Sequence record: SDFZ01000009.1
Length of the DNA stretch: 32,000 nucleotides
Reading direction: 5' to 3' (one strand)
Numbering within the stretch: the stretch's first letter is position 1; each line of letters starts with the position of its first letter. A program made the translations under genes and the position numbers. Positions 22,313 to 31,481 of the stretch are shown here, one piece after another. Under the pieces are notes generated by a model. It did no database searches. It was not told the DNA's origin and was given only the letters and a program-made list of their open reading frames with translations.

Positions 22313-22316
22313 GGAG
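22311..22316 (+). promoter_or_regulatory. Shine-Dalgarno-like AAGGAG 10 nt upstream of the apcB ATG
   Basis: The sequence caatAAGGAGaatagattatATG overlaps the last base of the apcA stop codon. Confidence 0.5.
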
Positions 22317-22326
22317 AATAGATTAT

Positions 22327-22812
22327 ATGCAAGACGCAATTACAGCAGTAATAAATGCAGCAGACGTACAAGGAAAATATTTGGATAATAATTCCATTGA
22401 TAAATTGAGAAGTTACTTTCAAACAGGTGAATTGAGAGTAAGAGCAGCAGCTTCTATTGCAGCGAATGCAGCAGGCATTATCAAAGAAGCAGTAGCAAAG
22501 TCATTATTATATTCTGATATTACACGTCCAGGTGGAAATATGTATACCACAAGACGTTATGCGGCATGTATTCGTGATTTGGATTACTACTTACGTTACG
22601 CAACGTACGCTATGTTAGCAGGGGATCCATCGATTCTAGATGAAAGAGTATTGAATGGATTAAAAGAAACTTATAATTCTTTAGGAGTACCCATTGGTGC
22701 AACCATTCAATCCATCCAAGCAATGAAAGAAGTGACTGCAAGTTTAGTTGGCGCAGATGCTGGAAGTGAAATGGGTGTATATTTTGATTATATTTGTGCA
22801 GGTTTAAGTTGA
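22327..22812 (+). CDS. apcB: allophycocyanin beta subunit
   Basis: [53 protein letters not shown]; 161 aa. Confidence 0.97.
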   Translation: MQDAITAVINAADVQGKYLDNNSIDKLRSYFQTGELRVRAAASIAANAAGIIKEAVAKSLLYSDITRPGGNMYTTRRYAACIRDLDYYLRYATYAMLAGDPSILDERVLNGLKETYNSLGVPIGATIQSIQAMKEVTASLVGADAGSEMGVYFDYICAGLS

Positions 22813-22826
22813 TTGGTCATAGAATG

Positions 22827-22853
22827 AAGCCTCATGATGAGGCTTTTTTTTTT
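22827..22853 (+). terminator. intrinsic-terminator-like hairpin plus T10 tract after apcB
   Basis: aagcctc (22827..22833) pairs with gaggctt (22839..22845), with loop atgat. A run of ten T follows (22844..22853). Confidence 0.65.
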
Positions 22854-23862
22854 GTTTATGAGTATGTTGTGTGGTATTTTATTATTCTTAATCGTGCTCA
22901 AAGCTCATCAATGGAAGAAGTATATAGAAGCTTTATGGTGGTATTATTGGACAAACCATGAGCTGCAGATGGTGGAACAACAAAAAAAAGCCTACATAGA
23001 AATTTTGTTGAGTGCGCTTGAGCGAGGAGTGATTTTGGTAGATAAAGAATGGCGGGTGTTACGTATGAATCAAATAGCCTTGACGCATCAGATTCAATTG
23101 GGAAAAAAATTGAGTCTTGACGGAAAATATTTCAAATCAGTGACGTATCCCATAGCGGATGTAGGATGGATCGTGTTCATAGAAGATCAATCGAAACAAA
23201 TGGAATTAGACACAGCCAAAAATCAACTCATAAGTAATGTATCACATGAATTAAGAACTCCTTTATTTCATATAAAGTCTTTGGCGGAAACTTTAGAAGA
23301 TTATGAACATGTATTAAGTAAAGAAGAAAAAATTCATAGTTTAAAAATGATACAAAGTGAAACAGATCGTCTAACAAGATTAGTCAATCACGTATTGGAT
23401 TTATCAAAGTTAGAAAATTTAAGCTATAATCTAGATGAGGTGGAATTAACTCCATTGTTAAATGAGGCAAGATGGAAGGATATAAAAATAGAATGTGAAG
23501 CCAATTTACCAAGGGTAAAAGCACATAAAGATTTATTGTGGCAAGCGCTATGCAATTTAATAGAAAATGCAGTGAAATTTAGTGATGCAAAATCACAAAT
23601 TGTGTTGAGAGCATATAGAATGCCAAATGGGCGAGTAAGACTAGAAGTAAGTGATGAAGGTATAGGAATAGCTCATGCTCATTACGAAGCGATATTTGAG
23701 CGTTTTTGGCGAGTAGAAAATCAAGTGCATACACTAGAGGGAACAGGTTTAGGATTATCGCTTGTGAAGTCGATTATGAACACCCACCAAAGTGAGATCT
23801 GGGTAAGTTCGGTATTAAATGTGGGAAGTAGTTTTTGGTTTGATTTGTATGATAGCAGATGA
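22834..23862 (+). CDS. ycf26: two-component sensor histidine kinase (Ycf26/Dfr-type), compact form
   Basis: N-terminal TM segment, H-box SHELRTPL, N-box LIENAVKFS, G1 DEGIGI, G2 GTGLGLS. The start is uncertain: the ATGs at 22834 and 22837 lie in the apcB terminator loop, and ATG 22858 (MSMLCG..) is an alternative. Confidence 0.85.
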   Translation: MMRLFFLFMSMLCGILLFLIVLKAHQWKKYIEALWWYYWTNHELQMVEQQKKAYIEILLSALERGVILVDKEWRVLRMNQIALTHQIQLGKKLSLDGKYFKSVTYPIADVGWIVFIEDQSKQMELDTAKNQLISNVSHELRTPLFHIKSLAETLEDYEHVLSKEEKIHSLKMIQSETDRLTRLVNHVLDLSKLENLSYNLDEVELTPLLNEARWKDIKIECEANLPRVKAHKDLLWQALCNLIENAVKFSDAKSQIVLRAYRMPNGRVRLEVSDEGIGIAHAHYEAIFERFWRVENQVHTLEGTGLGLSLVKSIMNTHQSEIWVSSVLNVGSSFWFDLYDSR

Positions 23863-24706
23863 CATAAAAGTCAAAGTGTTGACAGAAGTGCTGCCTTATA
23901 TTCAACAATGGAAAAATGAAATCATAGTCATGAAATATGGTGGTGCAGCAATGAAACAACATATGCATGCCATTCAAGATGTGTTGTTTTTAAGTGGGTG
24001 TGGATTAAAATTGGTGTTAGTGCATGGTGGAGGACCAGTGATCAATGAATGGCTACATAAATTAAATAAACGTGCTGAATTTTGGCAAGGCATGCGGATT
24101 ACGGATTCAGAGACTATGGAAGTGGTAGAAATGGTACTTGCAGGAAAGGTGAATAAAGAATTGGTGTCATTAATCAATGCCAAAGGGGGAAAAGCGGTAG
24201 GAATATGTGGGAAAGATGGAAAATTGATAGTAGCGAAGCCATGCACAGAAAGTCGCTTGGGACAAGTTGGGGAAATTGAAGAAATTCATCCAGAGCTGAT
24301 TGAAATCTTGTTAGCGACCAATTATATTCCGGTGATAGCAAGTGTGGCCGCGTCACATGATGGCACAGCATATAATTTAAATGCAGATGTAGTAGCGGCA
24401 GAGTTAGCCATTAAGCTAAAAGCAAAGAAGGTGATATTTTTAACAAACACGAATGGGATTTTGGCAGATGTAGAGGATGAAACATCATTGATATCGAAAA
24501 TGGACATCCAGGAAGCGAAGGACAAGATAGAGCAACATCAAGTGTCAGGAGGAATGATACCTAAATTGAACTGTTGTATACATGCTGTAGAAAAAGGAGT
24601 GTTAGCAGCGCATATTATTAATGGAACTGTAGAACATAGTTTGTTGTTAGAGATATTGACGAAAGAGGGAAGAGGAAGTAGAATAGAGAGGGGGAGGGCT
24701 CAGTAG
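23849..24706 (+). CDS. argB: N-acetylglutamate kinase
   Basis: MIADDIKVKVLTEVLPYIQQWKNEIIVMKYGGAAM..LVHGGGP..YNLNADVVAAELA.. I chose the internal ATG of track ORF 23819..24706 to match the usual ..L.EALPYIQ.. N-terminus. It overlaps the ycf26 3' end by 14 nt. Confidence 0.92.
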   Translation: MIADDIKVKVLTEVLPYIQQWKNEIIVMKYGGAAMKQHMHAIQDVLFLSGCGLKLVLVHGGGPVINEWLHKLNKRAEFWQGMRITDSETMEVVEMVLAGKVNKELVSLINAKGGKAVGICGKDGKLIVAKPCTESRLGQVGEIEEIHPELIEILLATNYIPVIASVAASHDGTAYNLNADVVAAELAIKLKAKKVIFLTNTNGILADVEDETSLISKMDIQEAKDKIEQHQVSGGMIPKLNCCIHAVEKGVLAAHIINGTVEHSLLLEILTKEGRGSRIERGRAQ

Positions 24707-24769
24707 CTCAGAGGATAGAGCGGGGGACTCATAAGCCCTAGGTCGTAGGTTCAAATCTTACCTGAGCCA
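24697..24769 (+). tRNA. trnM: tRNA with anticodon CAU: elongator tRNA-Met or lysidine-modified tRNA-Ile
   Basis: GGCTCAGTAGCTCAGAGGATAGAGCGGGGGACTCATAAGCCCTAGGTCGTAGGTTCAAATCTTACCTGAGCCA has acceptor GGCTCAG/CTGAGCC fully paired at 1:72, so it is not an initiator. The anticodon loop is CTCATAA. The pair closing the anticodon stem (31:39) is A/G as I fold it. Met versus Ile cannot be decided from the DNA. Confidence 0.8.
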
Positions 24770-24803
24770 TCCCCTCAAATCAAAAAAAAATCAAGAGGTA
24801 ACC

Positions 24804-25085
24804 ATGGATAAAAGTGAATTAATAACCGTAGTAGCAGATAAAGTGGGCTTGTCAAAGAAACAAGTGAGAAATGTAGTTAATGAAATTCTAGCACAAATTA
24901 GCCAACAATTAGTATCTGGTCAAAAAGTGAAACTGGTAGGATTTGGAACTTTTTCAAAACAGTATCGTGCAGCAAGAGACGGAAGAAATCCTCGTACAGG
25001 AGAACGCTTAGTAATTCCAGAAAGGCATGTAGTTGTATTCAACCCAGGATCAGAATTAAAACAACAATTAAAGCAAGCACAATGA
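24804..25085 (+). CDS. hupA: HU-like DNA-binding (nucleoid) protein
   Basis: The 93-aa ORF MDKSELITVVADKVGLSKKQVRNVVNEILAQI..VKLVGFGTFSKQYRAARDGRNPRTGERLVIPERHVVVFNPGSELK carries the bacterial HU/IHF signature (GFG.F....R..R.GRNP.TGE...I). Confidence 0.92.
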   Translation: MDKSELITVVADKVGLSKKQVRNVVNEILAQISQQLVSGQKVKLVGFGTFSKQYRAARDGRNPRTGERLVIPERHVVVFNPGSELKQQLKQAQ

Positions 25086-25102
25086 TTCAATCATTGTGCT
25101 TG
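25074..25102. terminator. 12-bp perfect inverted repeat (loop TTCAA) shared by convergent hupA and dnaK
   Basis: caagcacaatga (25074..25085) is the exact reverse complement of tcattgtgcttg (25091..25102). Each arm carries one gene's last codons and its stop. Confidence 0.6.
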
Positions 25103-26881
25103 AAAATCTGCATCAATTACATCGTTTTTTTCAGCATTGGTAGCATTTTTAGCCATTAAGTTTTGAACTTCTTGAGTTAAAGTGCTCATAGCTTCGTAAT
25201 CAGAATCATCAATCGCTTTTTTTAGTCGATTGGCTGCATCCTTTAATCCCATTTTTTCTGCTTGATAATAAACACTTTCAGCTAAATTTTTGGTTTCAAT
25301 TTGTTGTTTTCTTCTCTTATCTTCCTCAGCATTTTGTTCTGCTTCTGTAACCATTCGTTCAATTTCGTTTTGATCTAAAGTAGATGCTCCTGTAATCGTA
25401 ATTGATTGTTGTTTTCCTGTAGAACGTTCTTTAGCTGTGACGGATAATATGCCATTAGCATCAATATCAAAAGTGACTTCAATTTGTGGGACTCCTCTAG
25501 GGGCAGCAGGTATACCATCTAACCGAAATGTGCCTAAACTTTTATTATCTTTTGCTAATTCACGTTCTCCTTGTAACACATGAATTTCTACATTGGTTTG
25601 ATTATCGACAGCAGTAGAATACACTTCAGTTTTCCTTGTAGGAATGGTTGTATTTCGTGGAATCATTTTGGTCATAATCCCACCTAAAGTTTCTACTCCT
25701 AATGATAGCGGACATACATCCAATAAAAGAATATTTTTGACTTCACCTGCTAAAACGCCTGCTTGAATAGCAGCACCTATAGCTACAACTTCATCCGGAT
25801 TGACACTTTGATTCGGTTGCTTTCCTAAAAGATCTTTCACTAATTGTTGAACAGCAGGTATACGAGTAGATCCACCCACCAAAACCACTTCATCAATATC
25901 TTGTTTACTTAATTTGGCATCGAGTAAAGCTTGTTCGACCGGTTTTTTGCAACGTGCAAGAAGATCAGAAGTTAACTGTTCAAATTGTGCCCTAGTCAAG
26001 CTCTGGTCTAAATGTTTGGGTCCTTCAGCGGTAGCAGTAATAAAAGGCAAATTGATATCCGTTTGAGTGACATTAGACAGTTCGATTTTGGCTTTTTCAG
26101 CAGCCTCAGTTAATCGTTGTAAAGCTTGCTTGTCCTTAGATAAATCAATTCCTTCAGCAGTTTTCCAATGATTGATAAGCCAATCCACAATTTTTTTATC
26201 AAAATCATCTCCACCTAAATGAGTATCTCCTGAAGTAGCAAGCACTTCAAAGACACCATCGCCAATTTCCAAAATAGATACATCAAAAGTGCCACCACCT
26301 AAATCAAACACAAGAATTTTTTCATTATGTTTTTTATCCAGTCCATAAGCTAAAGATGCAGCTGTGGGTTCATTAATAATTCTAAGCACCTCCAGTCCGG
26401 CAATTTTGCCAGCATCTTTTGTAGCCTGTCTCTGCGAATCGTTAAAGTAAGCTGGTACAGTGATCACCGCTTGCGTAACTTTTTCCCCTAAATATTGACT
26501 AGCCGAGTCGACTAATTTTCTTAACACTTGAGCAGATATTTCTTCAGGTGCGAAGTGTTTATCTTTGACTGCACAATAAAGCCTTACATTGCCTTTGGCA
26601 TCAGCCTGGACAGGATAAGGCACTTGTTTAGTTTCTTGTTCAACTTCAGCAAATTTTCTTCCAATAAATCTTTTCACAGAATAGAAAGTATTGCTAGGAT
26701 TGATGACTGCTTGTCTCTTAGCAATTTGTCCCACTAATAAATCTCCACTTTTCGTATAAGCGACGACGGAAGGAGTGGTTCGAAAACCTTCAGAGTTTGG
26801 AACCACAGTAGGTTGACCCCCTTCCATGACTGCAATCACTGAGTTGGTGGTACCTAAATCGATGCCAACGACTTTGCCCAT
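25091..26881 (-). CDS. dnaK: Hsp70 chaperone DnaK
   Basis: [15 protein letters not shown].., [21 protein letters not shown] chose the ATG at 26879..26881 because AGGAG lies 7 nt upstream. The track ORF adds 5 residues from ATG 26894..26896. Confidence 0.97.
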   Translation of the reverse strand: MGKVVGIDLGTTNSVIAVMEGGQPTVVPNSEGFRTTPSVVAYTKSGDLLVGQIAKRQAVINPSNTFYSVKRFIGRKFAEVEQETKQVPYPVQADAKGNVRLYCAVKDKHFAPEEISAQVLRKLVDSASQYLGEKVTQAVITVPAYFNDSQRQATKDAGKIAGLEVLRIINEPTAASLAYGLDKKHNEKILVFDLGGGTFDVSILEIGDGVFEVLATSGDTHLGGDDFDKKIVDWLINHWKTAEGIDLSKDKQALQRLTEAAEKAKIELSNVTQTDINLPFITATAEGPKHLDQSLTRAQFEQLTSDLLARCKKPVEQALLDAKLSKQDIDEVVLVGGSTRIPAVQQLVKDLLGKQPNQSVNPDEVVAIGAAIQAGVLAGEVKNILLLDVCPLSLGVETLGGIMTKMIPRNTTIPTRKTEVYSTAVDNQTNVEIHVLQGERELAKDNKSLGTFRLDGIPAAPRGVPQIEVTFDIDANGILSVTAKERSTGKQQSITITGASTLDQNEIERMVTEAEQNAEEDKRRKQQIETKNLAESVYYQAEKMGLKDAANRLKKAIDDSDYEAMSTLTQEVQNLMAKNATNAEKNDVIDADFQAQ

Positions 26882-26888
26882 AACTGTT

Positions 26889-26893
26889 CTCCT
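26889..26893 (-). promoter_or_regulatory. Shine-Dalgarno-like AGGAG 7 nt upstream of the dnaK ATG
   Basis: The minus strand reads atgAGGAGaacagttATGggcaaa. Confidence 0.45.
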
Positions 26894-26953
26894 CATGTTG
26901 GTTTTATGCTATTATCCAATCAGGCTAATTAAGGTGCAGGAGAAAACACCGAT

Positions 26954-27505
26954 ATGAGTTTTGGAATGCTAGCAACCAAATTGGGCATGACTCAATTATT
27001 TGATGACAATGGACAAGCCATGCCAGTCACTCTGGTGCGATCTGGATCACATGAAGTGATAGCACATAAAACCAAAGCCAAACATGGTTATACGGCATTA
27101 GTGTTACGTTATCAAGATTGGATGAAAGAATTCAGAGTAAACGATGTGTCAACATATCCTATCGGCAGCACCATAGATATCACTTGTTTTGATAAAGGAC
27201 AACAAGTTTCAGTCAAAGGCAAAACCATTGGTAAAGGATTCGCAGGTTATCAAAAAAGACATCATTTTGCGCGTGGTCCTATGTCTCATGGCTCTAAAAA
27301 TCATCGTCAACCGGGTTCAATTGGAGCAGGAACCTTTCCTGCACGGGTGTTTCCTGGTACGAGAATGTCTGGCCGTTTGGGAGGTCAATCATGTACCATT
27401 CGTGGATTGCACGTTGTACAAATTGATGCATCATCAAACACGATAGCATTGAAGGGAGCAGTTCCAGGCAAAGTTGGGAATTTGTTATTGATTATGAGGG
27501 ACTAG
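26954..27505 (+). CDS. rpl3: 50S ribosomal protein L3 (183 aa, compact)
   Basis: [26 protein letters not shown].., [31 protein letters not shown]. An AGGAG at 26938..26942 lies upstream. Confidence 0.95.
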   Translation: MSFGMLATKLGMTQLFDDNGQAMPVTLVRSGSHEVIAHKTKAKHGYTALVLRYQDWMKEFRVNDVSTYPIGSTIDITCFDKGQQVSVKGKTIGKGFAGYQKRHHFARGPMSHGSKNHRQPGSIGAGTFPARVFPGTRMSGRLGGQSCTIRGLHVVQIDASSNTIALKGAVPGKVGNLLLIMRD

Positions 27506-27507
27506 CT

Positions 27508-28041
27508 ATGAAACATTTGCTTCATCGTGCGTTAAGAACTCATTTGCTTTCCATAAGACAATGGGGAGCATGTACAAAGACACGTGCTGAAGTTCGGGGT
27601 GGAGGAAGAAAACCCTGGAAACAAAAAGGCACCGGACGTGCCAGGGCAGGCTCAAGACGTTCTCCTTTGTGGCGAGGTGGTGGAGTGGCTTTTGGACCAA
27701 GAGCGGTGCCCATGCACTTAAAAATCAATCGTAAAGAAGCTCACAAGGCGGTGAAAGTAGCTTTAATAGCTTCTGCGGCGAAGATGCAAATCATAGATCC
27801 TCCTCTATTAGCACAACCAAGTTGTCAAACCATTAGTCACATGCTGCCTGCCACAAACGTGTTATGGATTGTAGATAAAAAACATGTCAATTTATGGTTA
27901 AGTTGTAGAAACATCAAGACACTTCATCTTATACAAGCGCAGCACATTTATGTGAAACCTTTATTATGGGCAAAAGAAATTTGGATCAGTCATGATGCCA
28001 TGCACATCCTAGAAGCACAATATCAGATCAAATTTTTATGA
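27508..28041 (+). CDS. rpl4: 50S ribosomal protein L4 (177 aa, compact)
   Basis: TRAEVRGGGRKPWKQKGTGRARAGSRRSPLWRGGGVAFGP, in the expected position in the S10-type cluster. Confidence 0.93.
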   Translation: MKHLLHRALRTHLLSIRQWGACTKTRAEVRGGGRKPWKQKGTGRARAGSRRSPLWRGGGVAFGPRAVPMHLKINRKEAHKAVKVALIASAAKMQIIDPPLLAQPSCQTISHMLPATNVLWIVDKKHVNLWLSCRNIKTLHLIQAQHIYVKPLLWAKEIWISHDAMHILEAQYQIKFL

Positions 28042-28253
28042 TACGTCCAGTATTGACAGATAAAAGTACACGTTTGATGGAAATGCGTCAGTATACTTTT
28101 GAAATATCTCCTAAAATACGCAAGTGGCAAATCAAACAACAAATATGGGAAATGTTTCAAGTCAAAGTTTTAGCAATAAGAAGAAACCGATCAAATAGAG
28201 CGATCGTTAAGTTGGCTGAATCTATAGATTTATTAGCATATGGCACTGATTAA
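28038..28253 (+). CDS. rpl23: 50S ribosomal protein L23 (71 aa, compact)
   Basis: [50 protein letters not shown]. It has an ATGA overlap with rpl4. Confidence 0.88.
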   Translation: MIRPVLTDKSTRLMEMRQYTFEISPKIRKWQIKQQIWEMFQVKVLAIRRNRSNRAIVKLAESIDLLAYGTD

Positions 28254-28959
28254 AGGATTTCATCGTAGCGTTGGACGCAATGTACATGGCAAAATTACAT
28301 GTCGTCATAAGGGAGGAGGTCATAAAAGGCGCTATCGTCAAATTGAATGGGAAAGACAAGAAGCGTCAGCCAAAGTGGCAGCTATAGAATATGATCCCAA
28401 TCGTAGTGCTCGCTTAGCACGATTGCACTATGCGAATGGTAAAAAAAGTTATATTTTGTGTGCCTCAGGATTAAAAATAGGAGATGAAGTGATAGCAGGC
28501 AAAAATGCTGAGTTACAGCCAGGGCATGAGTTGCCTTTAGGAGCTATTCCTTTAGGAATGCAAGTGCATTCCATTGAATTAGTAGCCAATAAAGGCGCAC
28601 AGTTAGTGAGAGCGGCAGGTTGCTTTGCAGTAGTGGTGGCTAAATCAGCTCAATATGTAGCATTGAAATTACCTTCAGGTGAAATTAGACAAATGCCCGC
28701 CAATGCGAAAGCAAGTATAGGACGTGTAGGCAACGAAGCTCATGCTCAAAGGAAATTGGGGAAAGCAGGTAGGAGCAGATGGTTAGGTAGAAGACCTACG
28801 GTGAGAGGCTCTGCCATGAATCCAGTGGATCATCCACATGGAGGTGGGGAAGGTAGATGCGGAATCGGCCGATCGAAACCATTAACTCCTTGGGGCAAAC
28901 CGGCACTGGGAGTGAAAACAAGAAAACGTGCCAACATTTATGTATTAAGAAGTCGATAA
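28240..28959 (+). CDS. rpl2: 50S ribosomal protein L2 (239 aa, lacking the usual N-terminal ~30 residues)
   Basis: [65 protein letters not shown] stop codon lies 3 nt upstream of the ATG in the same frame, so no N-terminal extension is possible as sequenced. Confidence 0.95.
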   Translation: MALIKGFHRSVGRNVHGKITCRHKGGGHKRRYRQIEWERQEASAKVAAIEYDPNRSARLARLHYANGKKSYILCASGLKIGDEVIAGKNAELQPGHELPLGAIPLGMQVHSIELVANKGAQLVRAAGCFAVVVAKSAQYVALKLPSGEIRQMPANAKASIGRVGNEAHAQRKLGKAGRSRWLGRRPTVRGSAMNPVDHPHGGGEGRCGIGRSKPLTPWGKPALGVKTRKRANIYVLRSR

Positions 28960-28964
28960 AAGTT

Positions 28965-29246
28965 ATGTCACGTTCTGTAAAAAAAGGTGCTTATGTCAAT
29001 GTACGCTTGTTAAAAAAAATAGAGCGCATGAATCAAAAAGGGGAAAAAAAAGTATTAAAGACATGGGCAAGGTCATGTACGATCGTGCCTGCTATGGTCG
29101 GTCATACTTTAGCCGTATATAATGGCAAAACTCATATAGCCATCTTGATAAGCGATGCGTTAGTGGGCCATAAATTGGGAGAGTTTGCGCCTACAAGAAA
29201 TTTTCGTTCTCATATAAAAGGAGATAGAAGAATTCGTAAGTTATGA
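28965..29246 (+). CDS. rps19: 30S ribosomal protein S19
   Basis: [62 protein letters not shown]. This uses the internal ATG of track ORF 28857..29246. Confidence 0.95.
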   Translation: MSRSVKKGAYVNVRLLKKIERMNQKGEKKVLKTWARSCTIVPAMVGHTLAVYNGKTHIAILISDALVGHKLGEFAPTRNFRSHIKGDRRIRKL

Positions 29247-29539
29247 AAGCAGTTGCAAAAGCAAGATTTATAAGAATGTCACCGAGCAAGGTCAGACGTG
29301 TGGTTCGTTTATTAAATGGAATGAGTTATGAAAAAGCCTCTCAAGTGGTTCGTTTTTTGCCTTATCGTGCAGCCACTTGTGTCTATAAATTGCTCAAAAG
29401 TGCCAATGGAGATGCAAAACAACAAGTGCATTTATTGGTAGACCAGGCTCCAACTCTCAAACGGGTAAGACCACGTGCACAATCGAGAGCTTATCCTATT
29501 CGCAAACGTTGTTGTCATATCACTTTACAATTGTTATAA
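29243..29539 (+). CDS. rpl22: 50S ribosomal protein L22 (98 aa)
   Basis: [44 protein letters not shown]... It has an ATGA overlap with rps19. Confidence 0.92.
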   Translation: MKAVAKARFIRMSPSKVRRVVRLLNGMSYEKASQVVRFLPYRAATCVYKLLKSANGDAKQQVHLLVDQAPTLKRVRPRAQSRAYPIRKRCCHITLQLL

Positions 29540-29541
29540 AT

Positions 29542-30165
29542 ATGGGTCAAAAAACACATCCAGTGGGGTTTCGTTTAGGAATTACGCATACACATCAAAG
29601 CAATTGGTATGCGCATGCCCATGATTACGCACAAGTGTTGCAGGAAGATTATGCCATTAGGCAACTTTTAAGTGAATATGTACTCAAAGCTGGCATAGCA
29701 AGCATACGCATCTTGCGCAAATCTCATCAAATAGAATTGGAATTACATACGGCTCGTCCTGGCATCTTAGTAGGAAGGTCTGGAGCAGGTTTAGACGCTT
29801 TACGCACACAAGTTCAAACCCAATTTGCCCATCTTACATGGCGAATTTCATTAGTAGAAGTTTCTAATCCAGATGCCAATGCAGTGTTGCTAGCTCAATG
29901 GCTTGCACAACAATTAGAAAAAAGAATGGCTTTTCGCAGAGCTATTCGACAAGCGATGGCTCGCGCTCAAAAAGTGGGAGTGAAAGGAATCAAAATTCAA
30001 ATATCAGGTCGATTGAATGGAGCGGAAATTGCCCGTAGCGAATGGGTGAGACATGGTCAAATTCCTCTTCAAACATTAAGAACACGCATCGATTATGCCA
30101 CAGCAACGGCGGCTACCACATATGGAGTAATCGGTGTGAAGGTATGGATCAATCAAATATGTTAA
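29542..30165 (+). CDS. rps3: 30S ribosomal protein S3
   Basis: [24 protein letters not shown].., [28 protein letters not shown]. This uses the internal ATG of track ORF 29509..30165. Confidence 0.95.
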   Translation: MGQKTHPVGFRLGITHTHQSNWYAHAHDYAQVLQEDYAIRQLLSEYVLKAGIASIRILRKSHQIELELHTARPGILVGRSGAGLDALRTQVQTQFAHLTWRISLVEVSNPDANAVLLAQWLAQQLEKRMAFRRAIRQAMARAQKVGVKGIKIQISGRLNGAEIARSEWVRHGQIPLQTLRTRIDYATATAATTYGVIGVKVWINQIC

Positions 30166-30572
30166 GTCCAAAAAATACCAAATATAGAAAACCTCATCTA
30201 GGCAGATTAAAAGGCAAAGCTATGCGATGCAATCAAATAGCATTTGGAGATTATGCTATACAAGCTTTGGAACCAGTTTGGTTAACGTCTAGACAAATAG
30301 AAGCCACTCGTAGAACTTTGACTCGTTATATGAAACGTGGGGGACAATTATGGATTAGAGTTTTTCCTCATGTGGCGATCACGGCGAAACCAGCTGAAAC
30401 ACGTATGGGTTCTGGCAAAGGGGCTCCTGAATATTGGGCGGCGCCAGTAAGACCTAATCAAATTTTATTTGAGCTACAAGGGGTAGCTCCAGAAGTAGCC
30501 AAAGAAGCGATTCATATGGCATCATATAAATTGCCTATTCGTGTAAGAATGTTATGGAAAACCAGCAAATAG
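30159..30572 (+). CDS. rpl16: 50S ribosomal protein L16
   Basis: [21 protein letters not shown].., [18 protein letters not shown]+P. The start overlaps the rps3 end by 7 nt. Confidence 0.95.
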   Translation: MLSPKNTKYRKPHLGRLKGKAMRCNQIAFGDYAIQALEPVWLTSRQIEATRRTLTRYMKRGGQLWIRVFPHVAITAKPAETRMGSGKGAPEYWAAPVRPNQILFELQGVAPEVAKEAIHMASYKLPIRVRMLWKTSK

Positions 30573-30691
30573 CGCAACTGCGCAAGGCGATCAATCGACT
30601 CATCTGGCGTAAAAGTATGAAACAGATGTGGAAGCCTCATGAATATAAAAAATTACGTCATAAGTTAGCTCAATTGTTAACCCGATTATGA
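30554..30691 (+). CDS. rpl29: 50S ribosomal protein L29 (45 aa, strongly shortened)
   Basis: Hand translation gives [45 protein letters not shown], a helical basic protein in the canonical rpl16-rpl29-rps17 slot. The start lies 19 nt inside rpl16, and the stop overlaps the rps17 ATG (ATGA). Confidence 0.7.
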   Translation: MENQQIAQLRKAINRLIWRKSMKQMWKPHEYKKLRHKLAQLLTRL

Positions 30692-30942
30692 ACAAAACCA
30701 AATTGTTAGGAATGGTGGTCTCTTGTCGCATGAAAAAAACGATCATCGTGCAAGTGAATTCTCAAGTCAAACATGCCAAGTACGGGAAACGTGTCATTAG
30801 AAAAAAACGTTATGCTGTACATGATGCTGAACAAAAAGCTTCTTTAGGAGATATGATTTGGATTGTGCCTTCAAGACCTATAAGTAAAACGAAACGATGG
30901 ATCTATGATTCAAGTGCAAACTCGTCTAAGAGTAGCAGATAA
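30688..30942 (+). CDS. rps17: 30S ribosomal protein S17
   Basis: [61 protein letters not shown]. Confidence 0.93.
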   Translation: MNKTKLLGMVVSCRMKKTIIVQVNSQVKHAKYGKRVIRKKRYAVHDAEQKASLGDMIWIVPSRPISKTKRWIYDSSANSSKSSR

Positions 30943-31264
30943 TACTGGTGCTAAGGAAGTGATGTGTATTCGTGTTTTTCGAGGTTCCACGGCCACTTTA
31001 GCTGATGTGATTATGGTGGTGGTGAAAGAAGCTTTGCCAAATATGCTGGTGAAAAAATCAGAAATCATGCGCGCGGTGGTTGTTCGAACAAAACAAACCG
31101 TACGTCGATCCAATGGTATGCATATTCGATTTGATGAAAATGCTGTTGTGTTAATAGATCAAGAAAATAATCCAAAAGGAACGCGAGTATTTGGCCCCAT
31201 TGCTAGAGAATTAAGAGAAGCAAATTTTATGAAGATTGTGTCTTTAGCACCGGAGGTGATTTAA
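30905..31264 (+). CDS. rpl14: 50S ribosomal protein L14
   Basis: [24 protein letters not shown]..; 119 aa. It overlaps the rps17 tail by 38 nt. Confidence 0.96.
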   Translation: MIQVQTRLRVADNTGAKEVMCIRVFRGSTATLADVIMVVVKEALPNMLVKKSEIMRAVVVRTKQTVRRSNGMHIRFDENAVVLIDQENNPKGTRVFGPIARELREANFMKIVSLAPEVI

Positions 31265-31265
31265 C

Positions 31266-31481
31266 ATGCACATCAAAAAAGGAGATCAAGTTCGAATCCT
31301 TTCCGGAGATGACAAAGGCAAGATTGCTGAAGTGATCAAAGTCAAAAATTCACAAGTGGTGGTGAAAGGAGTCAATATCAAGACAAAACATGTGAAACCG
31401 AAACGTCAAGGAGAAGTAGGCGAAATCAAACGTATGGAATATGCGATCGCTATTTGCAAAGTGAAGATATGGAAAGAATAA
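31266..31481 (+). CDS. rpl24: 50S ribosomal protein L24 (71 aa, C-terminally short)
   Basis: MHIKKGDQVRILSGDDKGKIAEVIKV..VKGVNIKTKHVKP (KOW motif). Confidence 0.92.
   Translation: MHIKKGDQVRILSGDDKGKIAEVIKVKNSQVVVKGVNIKTKHVKPKRQGEVGEIKRMEYAIAICKVKIWKE

Noticed and set aside
28857-28964. N-terminal extensions of rps19 (28857), rps3 (29509), rpl16 (30042) and psbZ (11997) in the ORF track
   Set aside because: The extensions read through the 3' end of the preceding gene (or, for psbZ, across the divergent psbK start) in another frame. They do not resemble the respective protein families, whereas the internal ATGs give canonical N-termini.
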